Shown: positions 1 through 9,431, counted from the stretch's first letter. The stretch is DNA of 64,000 nucleotides from an uncultured Gammaproteobacteria bacterium (GCA_964571255.1 CAZNAA010000002.1:28746-92745), one strand, 5' to 3'. Numbers and translations: made by a program. Notes: generated by a model from the sequence alone, not told the origin.

Positions 1-204
1 CAAAAAGCACTCCTCTCAGTTGTAGCAGATAGAAGAAATATTCCATTCATTACTACCTTTGAATATTTAAACCCTCTTTTTGGAATCTCGCTTTTTTATC
101 TCCCAATTTAAGTGATATTTAATATCTATCAATACTACTTAATATCAACTAATAGATCACTACCGAGTGGGAAGATAGCAGGTAAAAGGAGAATATCAAT
201 AAAA

Positions 205-1077
205 CTACTTGCCAGATTTCTTTTGAAAAAGGATACGAAGTTCTGCAAACCAGGTTACGCACACCAACTTGATAAATGACAATAGAGCTACCTGCCTTTT
301 CCATCTCCATGGCTGCTTGATGAGTCGATACAGCCACTCAAACCCAATAAAGCGAATGAGAAAAGGAGCTCTTTTGACCTCTCCACTAAGAAAGTCAAAG
401 CTACCTCCTACTCCCATCGCTACACGAATGGGAAGTATTGGAAGATGGGTATCAATCCACTCTTCCTGCCTTGGAGCTCCAAAGGCAACAAAAAGGATAT
501 CTAGCTCTTTCTTACCTTCTTTATTTCCCGAGGATAATTCGGCAATTGTTTTTTTTACCTCTTCCATATTCCCGAAGTTATCTTCAACTAATCTTTTTGA
601 GAGACTATCAGGAAGCCAGACTCCACTTTCCCACTCCTCACCAAGAAAGGAAACTGTAAGAGATGGGAAGGCAAATTGTAAGCACTGAGCTACTTTGAGT
701 GCTACGTTTTTTCTACCCCCTAAAAAGCCTATTCTAATAGGCTTTATTGCCTTTTGAGTACTGGCTCTCTGAACAAGATTTACCATGAAATCCACCCCAG
801 TTATCCTATACAGGAGTGGTCGTGCGAGAATCCAGCTTGAAATGATTAACCCACTCCCATCAGGAAGAAGGATTGAGCCTCTCTGAAGTATCTCTTGGTA
901 TGCTTTATCCTTTGTTGCTCTGACAATAATCTCAGGGTTTGGGGTATAGATAGAAAGCTTTTTATCAGTATTACCCAATACGTTCAGTATATACTCTAAG
1001 ATATCCTCTTCTGATGAGGAAGTAATGGGTAAATTAAATAATGTATTTTTACTTAATACGTTCATATTACTATACAT
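205..1077 (-). CDS. WecB/TagA/CpsF-family glycosyltransferase (N-acetylmannosaminyltransferase-like)
   Basis: 290 aa ORF. Family motifs are present in the C-terminal half: DILFVAFGAPRQEEWI, MGVGGSFDFLSGEVKRAP and EWLYRL. Confidence 0.8.
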   Translation of the reverse strand: MYSNMNVLSKNTLFNLPITSSSEEDILEYILNVLGNTDKKLSIYTPNPEIIVRATKDKAYQEILQRGSILLPDGSGLIISSWILARPLLYRITGVDFMVNLVQRASTQKAIKPIRIGFLGGRKNVALKVAQCLQFAFPSLTVSFLGEEWESGVWLPDSLSKRLVEDNFGNMEEVKKTIAELSSGNKEGKKELDILFVAFGAPRQEEWIDTHLPILPIRVAMGVGGSFDFLSGEVKRAPFLIRFIGFEWLYRLIKQPWRWKRQVALLSFIKLVCVTWFAELRILFQKKSGK

Positions 1078-1290
1078 CTTTCAGTGGTCTACTTCACTTA
1101 TCTCACTGATCATTCTTGTTCACTTTTACTACTCAAATTACATGCCTATTTTATAAAATCTAGCTCTACGATCCGCTTAGCTCATGTATGTGTTTATATA
1201 TTACTATATAAACACCATCCTTCTCCTCTTTCTGTGAAAATGATGACAACACAGAGAGCACACAAACAGAATAGATTCCTATCGGACTAT

Positions 1291-2349
1291 TTATTTCCTA
1301 TTAATACTTCTCTTATAGAGCTCAATATTTTCAATAGCAACTCCAGTTCCCCTCGCAACACAAAGCAAAGAATCCTCAGCAACGTGACAAGGAACTCCAG
1401 TTATTTGAGTCATTAACTTATCAAAGTTTTTCAGAAGTGAAGTTCCCCCACTCATGACAATCCCTTTATCAATAATGTCACTGGCAAGCTCTGGTGGACA
1501 CTGCTCTAAGACACTTTTTGCTCCCCCAATCATCTCCATCAGAATAGGTTGGATAGCATCACTAATAAGTCCCTCATCAACGACAATAGTTCGAGGAAGA
1601 CCGGTGATATTATCTCGTCCTCGCACTTCAACAGATTTAATCTTTTCACTTTTACGCACTTCTTCGGTTACCAATGCATTTCCTATCTCAATCTTAATCC
1701 ACTCAGAAGTTGTTTCTCCAATGAGAAGATTAAACTTCTTTTTAATAAATGCCGCTATGGCTTCATCAATTTTGGTTCCTGCTACTCGGATTGAGCTGTG
1801 TACCACAACTCCACCAAGGGAGATTACTGCAGACTCTGTGGATCCTCCCCCAATATTGACAATCATATGCCCTGCAGGTTGAGCAATGGGGATTTTGGCT
1901 CCAATAGCTGCAGCAAGCGGTTCATCAATAAGGTAAGCTATTTTGGCTCCAGCTGACATCGTGGCATCCAGAACTGCTCTTCTTTCAACTTGCGTTACTC
2001 CACTGGGGATACATACCATAACTTCTGGTTTAATAAAACGAGAAGACCCACAGGCTTTATCAATAAAGTAAGAAAGCATCGCCTCAGTAATCGTATAATC
2101 AGCAATCACTCCATCTCGAAGAGGACGAAGCGCAATGACGTTTCCTGGAGTTCGCCCTAACATTTCTTTGGCCTCTTTCCCAACCGCCACCACTCGATTC
2201 TCCTCAGCTGTTACCGCAACTACAGTTGGTTCGTTCAGAACAATTCCTTCTCCTGCAACATAGACCAATGTATTAGCCGTTCCTAAGTCAATACCAATTC
2301 GCTTGGGGGTAAAAAGAGAGGAAGGAATAAATGAAGAAAAGTCTAGCAT
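1291..2349 (-). CDS. mreB: rod shape-determining protein MreB
   Basis: 352 aa actin-like ATPase with the GIDLGTANTLVYV phosphate-1 motif and IGGGSTE. Full length and unmistakable. Confidence 0.95.
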   Translation of the reverse strand: MLDFSSFIPSSLFTPKRIGIDLGTANTLVYVAGEGIVLNEPTVVAVTAEENRVVAVGKEAKEMLGRTPGNVIALRPLRDGVIADYTITEAMLSYFIDKACGSSRFIKPEVMVCIPSGVTQVERRAVLDATMSAGAKIAYLIDEPLAAAIGAKIPIAQPAGHMIVNIGGGSTESAVISLGGVVVHSSIRVAGTKIDEAIAAFIKKKFNLLIGETTSEWIKIEIGNALVTEEVRKSEKIKSVEVRGRDNITGLPRTIVVDEGLISDAIQPILMEMIGGAKSVLEQCPPELASDIIDKGIVMSGGTSLLKNFDKLMTQITGVPCHVAEDSLLCVARGTGVAIENIELYKRSINRK

Positions 2350-2467
2350 AGTAATAAAAAAAGAGTACCACCATTTAAGAAATGTTGCAAGAATACTAGG
2401 TCAAACTACTATGTTTGTCTATCAAAAATAGCTGAATGGCAGAAGTCTAGAAAAATCTAAAAACGTG

Positions 2468-2743
2468 TTATTTTGAATAGACCTCATCATGCGTTCCAAT
2501 ATCGGTAAATAAAACTGTCTCCTCGTTTAGAACGGTATATATCATTCGAATACTCATAGTTATTGAAATACTCCAGAGTACGTGTGAACCACCTGAAATT
2601 TTATGAAGTCGTAAAGAAGGATGAGTGGGGTCTATTATAAACAGTTTTAGTTTTTTTTGAATTCTTAAAAGAAGTTTCTGATCTTTTTTAGACGCTTTGT
2701 TGAAATAATCTTCAACACGAGATGAAAAAACAACTTTTTTCAC
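2468..2743 (-). CDS. type II toxin, RelE/ParE superfamily
   Basis: 91 aa. Overlaps the upstream small RHH ORF by 4 nt. The C-terminal pattern LWSISI...RMIYTV...HDEVY is typical of RelE/YoeB-like mRNA interferases. Confidence 0.6.
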   Translation of the reverse strand: MKKVVFSSRVEDYFNKASKKDQKLLLRIQKKLKLFIIDPTHPSLRLHKISGGSHVLWSISITMSIRMIYTVLNEETVLFTDIGTHDEVYSK

Positions 2744-2991
2744 TTTTTTTGGTCAAAATATGTATCTAAATCAGTTACCGTTTTTAAAGAAGGAAGTTCT
2801 TTTAAAGCATCTTTCAAGGCTTTCTTTGTTCTTTCAGAGGCGTCAAAAGTAGGTATCTCATCCACTTCTTTAATAATTAAGTGTTTGACATATTGTGTCA
2901 CTGGCAAACCTACATTTGCTGCCTTTTGCTTTAATAGCTGATTCAGTTGTTCAGATAAACTAAGACGAATTTGTATTTGTGCTGTAGCCAT
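2740..2991 (-). CDS. antitoxin, ribbon-helix-helix (RelB/DinJ/CopG-like)
   Basis: 83 aa. The N-terminus QIQIRLSLSEQLNQLLKQKAANVGLPVTQYVKHLI has an RHH signature. It sits immediately upstream of the toxin and is translationally coupled to it. Confidence 0.55.
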   Translation of the reverse strand: MATAQIQIRLSLSEQLNQLLKQKAANVGLPVTQYVKHLIIKEVDEIPTFDASERTKKALKDALKELPSLKTVTDLDTYFDQKK

Positions 2992-3115
2992 AAATCACTC
3001 CTATTGTACTTATTTTAGCCTTATTCTACCCCTTTGTCAATCTCTCTTGAGGAGTGTGAACCTCATTCATTACATTGACTTGTTTGCAAATAAAAAAACA
3101 GGCTATAATAGAAAG

Positions 3116-4351
3116 ATGAAGAAACAGTTCCTACTCTCTTTCCTTATTCTTCTTATCCTTATTGCAATCACTTCAAGTGTTGTTTTATATGCCAATGGCT
3201 ACCGCTTCAATACCGCTAATGGGAAACCAAGCCTAGATAAAACCGGCATTCTAAACGTTGCCTCCCTTCCCAAAGGTGCCCAAGTCTATATAAATGGCAA
3301 CCTCACCAGTGCCACCAATAATGCTATTAACCTAGCTCCTGGTAAATACACCGTTACCATGAGTAAGGATGGGTATAATAATTGGCAAAAAGACATGCTA
3401 GTTCAGGAACAAATTGTGGCCAATGCAGATGCAACTCTTTTCCCCAGTGCTCCAACTCTTCAGAGTATCTCAACAGTTGGCGTCTTCTCACCTCTTATTG
3501 ATCCTTCAGGAACCAAACTGGCCTTTAAAATCGCTTCCCAATCAGCTAAAAGAAATGGCATTTATGTACTCGATATGACCAATCGAATTTTCCCAGTTCT
3601 TGCTCTCCAGTCCTCCTCAACTCAGTTAGCAGATGATACTGAAGCAGACTTTTCAACAGCTCGGATCAGTTGGTCACCAGATGGACTCCAAATTATGGCG
3701 AGTATCCCCTCTAAAATCTCAACGACAAGTGCCACAACCTACCTTTTGCAAGCTAATACCTTTAACGAAACTCCAAAAAACGTTACTGCTACTCTTCCAA
3801 CAGTCATATCAGAATGGGATCAAAAACTGAGTGAAAAAGAAAAAGCACTCTATGACTCCTATCCCCAAGCAGTGCAGCGTATCATTACAGAACACATGAG
3901 GATTTTGGCCGTATCTCCTGATGATACAAAGCTTCTCTATATGGCCTCCACCTCAGCTGAACTTCCCCTTATCCTTTCTCCTCGCCGGATTGGCAACAAT
4001 TTATTATATGAAAATAGATCCCTTAAAAAAGACAGTATCTATGTCTATGACATTCGAGAAGACGTAAATACCAAAATTCTGGATATTGCACCTCAAGAGC
4101 CGTGCATGAAGGGAGAATTGGATTGTTTATATCCATTAACGTTTATGCCTGATAGCAAGCATCTTCTCTATATGAATGATAGGAAAATTAGTATTGTTGA
4201 AACTGACGGGTCCAATATGACGCTTATCTACGCAGGACCCTTTATTGAACCCTACGTCTATGCCTGGCCAGATGGATCCAAGATTGTTATTATTACTAAC
4301 TTGAATAACCTTACTATCCCACCAACTCTTTATACCATTGGGATCAGATAA
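3116..4351 (+). CDS. PEGA-domain membrane-anchored protein
   Basis: The ORF is open from 3047. The start is placed at the internal ATG at 3116 (MKKQFLLSFLILLI, a signal/TM segment). A PEGA-like beta domain follows (VYINGNLTS...LAPGKYTVTMSKDGY). Confidence 0.6.
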   Translation: MKKQFLLSFLILLILIAITSSVVLYANGYRFNTANGKPSLDKTGILNVASLPKGAQVYINGNLTSATNNAINLAPGKYTVTMSKDGYNNWQKDMLVQEQIVANADATLFPSAPTLQSISTVGVFSPLIDPSGTKLAFKIASQSAKRNGIYVLDMTNRIFPVLALQSSSTQLADDTEADFSTARISWSPDGLQIMASIPSKISTTSATTYLLQANTFNETPKNVTATLPTVISEWDQKLSEKEKALYDSYPQAVQRIITEHMRILAVSPDDTKLLYMASTSAELPLILSPRRIGNNLLYENRSLKKDSIYVYDIREDVNTKILDIAPQEPCMKGELDCLYPLTFMPDSKHLLYMNDRKISIVETDGSNMTLIYAGPFIEPYVYAWPDGSKIVIITNLNNLTIPPTLYTIGIR

Positions 4352-4353
4352 CT

Positions 4354-4929
4354 ATGGAAACTGGCCCTTCTAAGGAGATACCCTCTGTTGCCTCTCTTAT
4401 CACGACAGCCTTAGCAGAATATACTCCCGGTATTCCTTTTGAGAGAACGGTTGATTACCAAGGAGTACCTATTACTATCCGTTTAACAGATTCACAAATT
4501 GACGTTCAAGCGCACTCATCTGAAACGGTCTATCACTACACTGCTAATCGAAAAGAAGACACGATGGATCAATCTTCCCGCTTGGTCATTCTTGATGAGA
4601 AGAGACAAGACAAAAGAGGCCCTCTTCCCCACCTTACAGAGCTCACAGGACTGGCTCTCACCCATTTAGAACGAGATACCCCAGTACAAAAGCTCGCATC
4701 AGACTGGATGGATATGCCAACTCCAAATACACGAAATGTCAATTTCAATACCTATCAAGAAGCTAAAAAATCTCTTCCTCCCGAAGAAGCAGCTTTCCAA
4801 ACTCCTTCAGGAAAGGTAGCCAGACGATATGGCTTTACTCAGGTTGAGGTTACTGAAACAAGCTATGGACAAATTCCTGTTATTAGAACTCTTTTTTCCC
4901 GACCAACTCCCGATCCAAAGACCCCTTGA
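4354..4929 (+). CDS. hypothetical protein (191 aa)
   Basis: Begins 2 nt after the PEGA gene stop on the same strand, which looks operonic. No recognisable motif. Confidence 0.45.
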   Translation: METGPSKEIPSVASLITTALAEYTPGIPFERTVDYQGVPITIRLTDSQIDVQAHSSETVYHYTANRKEDTMDQSSRLVILDEKRQDKRGPLPHLTELTGLALTHLERDTPVQKLASDWMDMPTPNTRNVNFNTYQEAKKSLPPEEAAFQTPSGKVARRYGFTQVEVTETSYGQIPVIRTLFSRPTPDPKTP

Positions 4930-5129
4930 CTTGACAACTATAGGATTTCTTGCTAGATTAGAGGAACATGTTTTTAAGCTTTTCGCTTGAAACTATGTAT
5001 TGCACTTTTACAACACAGACTGATGACTCAGACCAAAAGTTTGAGTAGATACTAGAATGTGTATCAGAATACTGATTAATAGATCACTCAGCCACGATCA
5101 TATTGTGTATGCACCAAAATGCATATAGA

Positions 5130-5665
5130 GTGTGGTCGTGGATATGAAGGGTCCACGACACATCGGCCAATCTGGGCCAAATGAACTCCCTTCAGGAGGT
5201 TACATGGACGAGCAAAACGAACGTCTTATCCCAATGATTGACCCTAGCCTTCGCAGGCCGGGGTTTGGTATGCCGATGGAGCAGGAGGAAAGCCCGGCTT
5301 CCCCACAAGGAAGCCCAACCGATCCGACCCCTGATATGCTGGAGAGCGATCGCCAGCCGGACGGAATCGAGCCGTGGCTCCGCACAAATCATGGTGGCGG
5401 TGGGCCGCGATGAGTGCAAACACAAACAAGGAAGGGCGAAACCCCGAGTGGGACCAGGAATGGCCGCCTGAAGAGACTGCACCTCTAGATGTGCGGTCCG
5501 CAAGGGAATTGGCCATGGGGGATAAATACCCCCGCCTTCCAGAAACGTCTCCCCGACAACGTGCCGAGGAAGATGAAGCGGGAGAATGGATGAATCCACT
5601 CTTCCCGTTGGCACTATCACAATTCCAGCGATAACCTTTCTGGGGAGCCGGGACCGCCGGCTCCC
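5130..5665 (+). ncRNA. candidate GC-rich structured RNA, unit 1 (class unknown; contains an RNase P CR-I-like string)
   Basis: There is an abrupt GC shift. Only overlapping multi-frame ORFs with Pro/Arg/Gly-rich junk translations are present. The string GGAGGAAAGCCCGGCUUCC lies at 5284-5302. The unit ends in a 9-bp GC hairpin (GGGAGCCGG/CCGGCUCCC, 5643-5665). The 5' boundary is uncertain. Confidence 0.3.
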
Positions 5666-5837
5666 TTCTAGTTATCAGATGGGAAATCATTTAGAGTAGT
5701 ATTTCTTTAGTAACGATTGCGTTTTTAAAGAAAAATACACCTGAGTTTTTTCTTGTTTCCATCAGTCTGTTGTTTGTTCTACTCTCTTTCTTATTCTTTT
5801 CTTACCCCTTCATGCCTATAAATATAATTTTTCCCCC

Positions 5838-5865
5838 TTGCATTTTCACTAATTGGTCTTATAAT
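5838..5865 (+). promoter_or_regulatory. sigma70-like promoter (TTGCAT-16 nt-TATAAT) for GC-rich unit 2
   Basis: TTGCAT lies at 5838-5843 and TATAAT at 5860-5865, followed by ACAG. The paralogous promoters at 6812 and 59238 have the same architecture. Confidence 0.5.
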
Positions 5866-5869
5866 ACAG

Positions 5870-6593
5870 AAATACGTGTGGACTAGCACAACTAGTCCAT
5901 GAGTATAGTTCTTTAACAAGGCACAAAGTAAGTAATAGATACGTATTTTCGTATCCACTTCAGAGAATTTATTTTTTTAGGTGTGTATTTTGTTGATACT
6001 TCGTAATCACCGAGCATGGGTATACTTCTTGTACCTATCCTCGGTGGTTACACGTGTGGCGAAAGCCATATACGTATCATTTATTGTTCACGCTAGGCTT
6101 CGCCTTGCGTGTAACCACCTGCTTCCAACGTCGGTGTTTTGTACGTTTAGTACCTGGCCTACGTAGGCAGAAGGAGGAGGATTTCACCTAACATAGCGCA
6201 GTTCAATCTGCCGTCTGCAACAGAAGCCTTCAACTGAAGGCCACCCAGAGACGGGTAAACTGCAGCGGAAGCGACCCCAGATCACCGGCCAGTTGTGTTC
6301 ATAAGCATCCTGACGTCATCGCCCCTGGCGATGACGATCAAGCACCCCCTGTTGGTTCCACGTGTACCTACGAATGGACGACCAAGGAGTGTGAGAGATG
6401 ATGTCATACCCATGCCCAGCATTTCCAGGCGATGATGGCGACAGCGGGCATCCAATGCCCTATCCAGTCGAAGCGAACGGCAGCAACACCGTGCCCATCC
6501 CCGGCTTCCCGATCCCGTAGTCACACGAAGGACACAGGCGGAAGCTGGGATTTGTCTCTCTGAGGTGGGTGGGGCGCGATGCGCCCTACCCAC
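5870..6593 (+). ncRNA. candidate GC-rich structured RNA, unit 2
   Basis: The leader carries the conserved box GTTCTTTAACAAGGCACA (5908-5925) and GTGTGTATTTTG (5981-5992). A long imperfect helix pairs 6046-6067 with 6096-6116. A terminal 13-bp GC hairpin lies at 6566-6593. There is no coherent ORF. Confidence 0.35.
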
Positions 6594-6811
6594 AAACAAT
6601 CTAAGAAAACCATTTTAAGAAATCAAAAATATCCTAACTCGGCAATTGCGTCGCTTTCTGGAGATTTTTTCTCCAAATGGCCCCTTTCTTATTTTGTCTT
6701 TCTTTGTGCCTGTCTAACCCTTAGAAATAAGACTTTGTTTCTAGAGATTAGGCATTTTGTTATCTCCCCTATTTTTGTTTCCAATTTATTTTTTCTCTAG
6801 ATTCTTCCCTC

Positions 6812-6839
6812 TTGAATTTTTTCCAAAAATGATAATAAT
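6812..6839 (+). promoter_or_regulatory. sigma70-like promoter (TTGAAT-16 nt-AATAAT) for GC-rich unit 3
   Basis: TTGAAT lies at 6812-6817 and AATAAT at 6834-6839, followed by ACAG. It is a paralogue of the promoter at 5838. Confidence 0.45.
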
Positions 6840-6844
6840 ACAGG

Positions 6845-7359
6845 AGACGGTTTCTTTACTCTTTTGTGAAAAAATCGATGTTCTTTAACAAGGCACAGAC
6901 TATTTTCTTGAATTTAGGAAGAGGAGGTATCGCGCAGCGTGTGTATTTTAGTACATAGGTTGTGCGGTCATCTCCTCTTCTGTAAACCAGTTGTTCCCCT
7001 GGGGGATTTGCCCATCCCCAGAAGAGGAGTAGACCGCACTCAACACTTTGGAAGTCCCCATGGCCCCATGCCAATCGGATGAGAAGAGTGTGTGGCGGCA
7101 CTCTTCTTTTTCGCAACGCGTGTTTCTGGTTGGAAGGCTGTCCAATCAGAATTCCTTCGCAAGGAGGAGGACGTGGTGATTTCATATGGAGAGCCGGATG
7201 TCTCGATCCAGGGGAGGTGCCTACCCCTTGGTCGAGCACCCGGCACTCCTATCTCTGGTTTTCAGAGGGATAATACTATCGTATTGCAAAGGTTTTGCAA
7301 CGGAAATGGCGGCGTCCCTCCTGGTGGAGTGGAGTCGGAAGGCGAGCCCGACTCCACTC
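6845..7359 (+). ncRNA. candidate GC-rich structured RNA, unit 3 (paralogue of unit 2)
   Basis: Same leader boxes as unit 2: GTTCTTTAACAAGGCACA at 6880-6897 and GTGTGTATTTTA at 6939-6950. The GC-rich body lacks an ORF. A terminal 12-bp hairpin (GAGTGGAGTCGG/CCGACTCCACTC) lies at 7327-7359. Confidence 0.35.
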
Positions 7360-7486
7360 AAAATAATTCAAGAAAGAAAAACAATATCCAAGTAGGAAAG
7401 TGAGTTTTACTCAAGTAAACAATTGCGTTTTTTTGAGGAGAGATCCTTTTTTACTCCGTGGCACGTTTTTTTTCCTAGTCTGTGCC

Positions 7487-8191
7487 TTATCCTTTTTTGG
7501 GAACTGCTGTTACATAAATTCTCTTCCACGTCGTTCCAGGAGGCCAACAGGTCTGCAAGATGAGTTTTTCCTCTGTCGTATGAGCATCAGTTAAAAACTG
7601 AACTTCATTTGCTTCTCCAACCCGCTGCTCAACTACTCTATAGTCATACCGTCTATCTTCAAAAAAGAGAGTGATATCGTCTCCCTTTTTCAAGTCTTTC
7701 AGGAGATAAAAAATGGCATTATATCGTCCTACATTCCAAAAATTATCCGTTGAGTGAGCGAAAAGATACGTATTGCCTTTCATTCCAGGAAAGACTGTCC
7801 CCTTAGCATGCGCTACTCCTTCTGTTAGGACAGGCAGGAACTCGTCCGATTTTTCTGGATCAATATTTGGAAAGATCTTAGCACTTGCCCCTATTTTTGG
7901 GATCAAAATACTAAATTGTGTATCAGATGGGATCAATATTTGCTCTTTGCTTCCAGATAAAATTTGTCCAAAGCCAATCGATGGAGTCGTTGCGGCACTT
8001 CTCGTAGCAACGTCAATATGTTCAATATCAGCAACCGCAAAGGTTACTCCTCTGTATTTAATCACTTGGTATTGAGCTTCGTAATAGAAAGCAGGTCCAA
8101 AGGTTGCCCCTACTCCATAGAGAGCAAAGAGAAGTAAAAAGTTACCAATTGTTCTGAGGATAAGATATTTTGTAATCTCTGACTTATTCAT
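7487..8191 (-). CDS. sortase (transpeptidase)
   Basis: 234 aa with an N-terminal TM segment. The catalytic LILQTCWP (LxTC) motif is followed by the conserved Arg region. Confidence 0.8.
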   Translation of the reverse strand: MNKSEITKYLILRTIGNFLLLFALYGVGATFGPAFYYEAQYQVIKYRGVTFAVADIEHIDVATRSAATTPSIGFGQILSGSKEQILIPSDTQFSILIPKIGASAKIFPNIDPEKSDEFLPVLTEGVAHAKGTVFPGMKGNTYLFAHSTDNFWNVGRYNAIFYLLKDLKKGDDITLFFEDRRYDYRVVEQRVGEANEVQFLTDAHTTEEKLILQTCWPPGTTWKRIYVTAVPKKG

Positions 8192-8271
8192 TCTCTTTTA
8201 TCATACTCAAAATTGGAGTATACTTGAAGAGGAAAAGTGACTAGAACTTACTAGTTCAAAGAAGATCTTTT

Positions 8272-8343
8272 GTCCCTGTAGCTCAATGGATAGAGCAGAC
8301 CCGTCCTAAGGGTAAAATGGAGGTTCGATTCCTCTCGGGGATA
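8272..8343 (+). tRNA. tRNA-Arg (anticodon CCT)
   Basis: Cloverleaf: acceptor GTCCCTG/CGGGGAT, D-arm GCTC/GAGC, anticodon loop GTCCTAA and T-arm GGAGG-TTCGATT-CCTCT. CCA is not encoded. One G27·A43 mismatch lowers confidence slightly. Confidence 0.7.
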
Positions 8344-8351
8344 CGTATATT

Positions 8352-8894
8352 ATGAATGAAATTGAAGTAAAAGCCAAAGTATCAGATCTCCCTTCTCTTC
8401 TAAAAAAGTTAGAAGACTTAGGATGTATTCTTTCTTCTCCTCTTTCTCAACAAGACCGTATTTTTATTCCTATTGGTGCCTCTATCCCAACCAAATCAGG
8501 TGAAGCAGCACTTCGAATCAGAGAACAGAATGGAAAGTATCTCTATACTGTCAAACAAACGAAATCAAATGATTTAGATTGTATTGAAAAAGAAATGGAA
8601 GTTTCCAAAGAGCAATCAGGTATGCTTTTAGAAACATTTCCTCTTATTGGATTTAGAGAGGTAGAATCAGTATCAAAGGTCAGACGAAAAACAACCTATA
8701 AAGAGCTTGAGATTTGTATTGATGAAGTAGAGGAACTGGGGACTTTTATTGAAGTTGAGAAACTAAGTACGGAGGAAAATGGGGAAGAAGTTCAGGAAGA
8801 ACTTTTTGTCTTTTTAGAAAGCTTAGGAGTAAAAAGAGAAGAGCGAGCACTTCACGGATATGACATTCTTCTTCACCAAAAGCATACTGCTTAG
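8352..8894 (+). CDS. CYTH-domain protein (CyaB-like triphosphate tunnel metalloenzyme)
   Basis: 180 aa. The N-terminal EIEVKAKV strand is characteristic of CYTH/class IV adenylate cyclase-like proteins. An acidic C-terminal region is present. Confidence 0.65.
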   Translation: MNEIEVKAKVSDLPSLLKKLEDLGCILSSPLSQQDRIFIPIGASIPTKSGEAALRIREQNGKYLYTVKQTKSNDLDCIEKEMEVSKEQSGMLLETFPLIGFREVESVSKVRRKTTYKELEICIDEVEELGTFIEVEKLSTEENGEEVQEELFVFLESLGVKREERALHGYDILLHQKHTA

Positions 8895-8908
8895 ATTAAG
8901 CAATGAGG

Positions 8909-9166
8909 TTATATTTTTTCGTACACAGTAGATCTATGCCCTGCTGAAATAACCGATATATTTTTATCCTTTTCATCGACAAAATAAATAATTCTAAATA
9001 CCCCAACCCGAAGTGAGTACATATTTGTCAGATTTGCTTTTAAAGGTTTTCCTGAAAATGGATCTTCTTTAAGTTCTTTTAATGCAGATATAATTGCTTG
9101 TCGATGCAATTGTTTAATTACTTTGAGTTCTCTTGCAGCAGGTTTGGTAATAATCAGCTTATACAT
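8909..9166 (-). CDS. type II toxin, RelE/ParE family
   Basis: 85 aa. The pattern LRVGVFRIIYFVDEKDKNISVISAGHR is typical of RelE/ParE. Overlaps the upstream antitoxin ORF by 8 nt. Confidence 0.7.
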   Translation of the reverse strand: MYKLIITKPAARELKVIKQLHRQAIISALKELKEDPFSGKPLKANLTNMYSLRVGVFRIIYFVDEKDKNISVISAGHRSTVYEKI

Positions 9167-9428
9167 GGAGAGATGCTTCGAGTTCTTCTAACGTAATGGT
9201 TTCTCCTTGTGCGAGATCCTTTAATCCCTGTTCAATGCTTGCCATTAAGGAGGAATCTCCCATAATTTCCATTGTTTCTTTCCAGGACTCATACTCTTCA
9301 GACGAAATAAGTACAGCTGAGGGTACTCCGTTTACCGTAATAATATATTCATTTAGTTTAACTTTGGCGTTTTCAACTAACTCTGGTAATTCTTGTCTTA
9401 CTTTACTAATGGGAAGTGTTTGAATCAT
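9159..9428 (-). CDS. antitoxin, Phd/YefM family
   Basis: The ORF is open to 9509, but the likely start is the internal Met at 9428 (MIQTLPISKVRQELPELVE...VLISSEEYESWKETMEI), which is a YefM/Phd fold. An operator palindrome lies immediately upstream. Confidence 0.65.
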   Translation of the reverse strand: MIQTLPISKVRQELPELVENAKVKLNEYIITVNGVPSAVLISSEEYESWKETMEIMGDSSLMASIEQGLKDLAQGETITLEELEASLHV

Positions 9429-9431
9429 GAG

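Noticed and set aside
149-688. Small ORFs 149-337 (-), 269-688 (+) and 438-659 (+).
   Set aside because: They are antisense or overlapping with the well-supported WecB/TagA gene, with low-complexity translations.
5100-7400. rRNA, tmRNA or a group I/II intron as an explanation for the GC-rich region.
   Set aside because: None of the universal 16S/23S strings is present (GTGCCAGCAGCCGCGGTAA, sarcin-ricin AGTACGAGAGGACCGG). No tmRNA tag ORF or TPsiC-arm at a unit end was found. No domain V-like motif or intron-encoded ORF is present.
5132-7403. Many 60-150-aa ORFs on both strands inside the GC-rich blocks. Examples are 5132-5413 (+), 5244-5690 (-), 6282-6599 (-), 6856-7239 (-) and 7092-7403 (+).
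   Set aside because: They overlap one another in several frames. Their translations are Pro/Arg/Gly-rich with no motifs. No start or SD context is present, and no frame is conserved between paralogous units. This is typical random ORFs in GC-rich non-coding DNA.
8272-8343. Doubt about the tRNA-Arg call because of the G27·A43 mismatch and two G·U pairs in the acceptor stem.
   Set aside because: Kept as a feature. All other cloverleaf elements fit: the D-arm, the 7-nt anticodon loop with U33, and the canonical TTCGATT T-loop. The position directly upstream of a gene start is typical.
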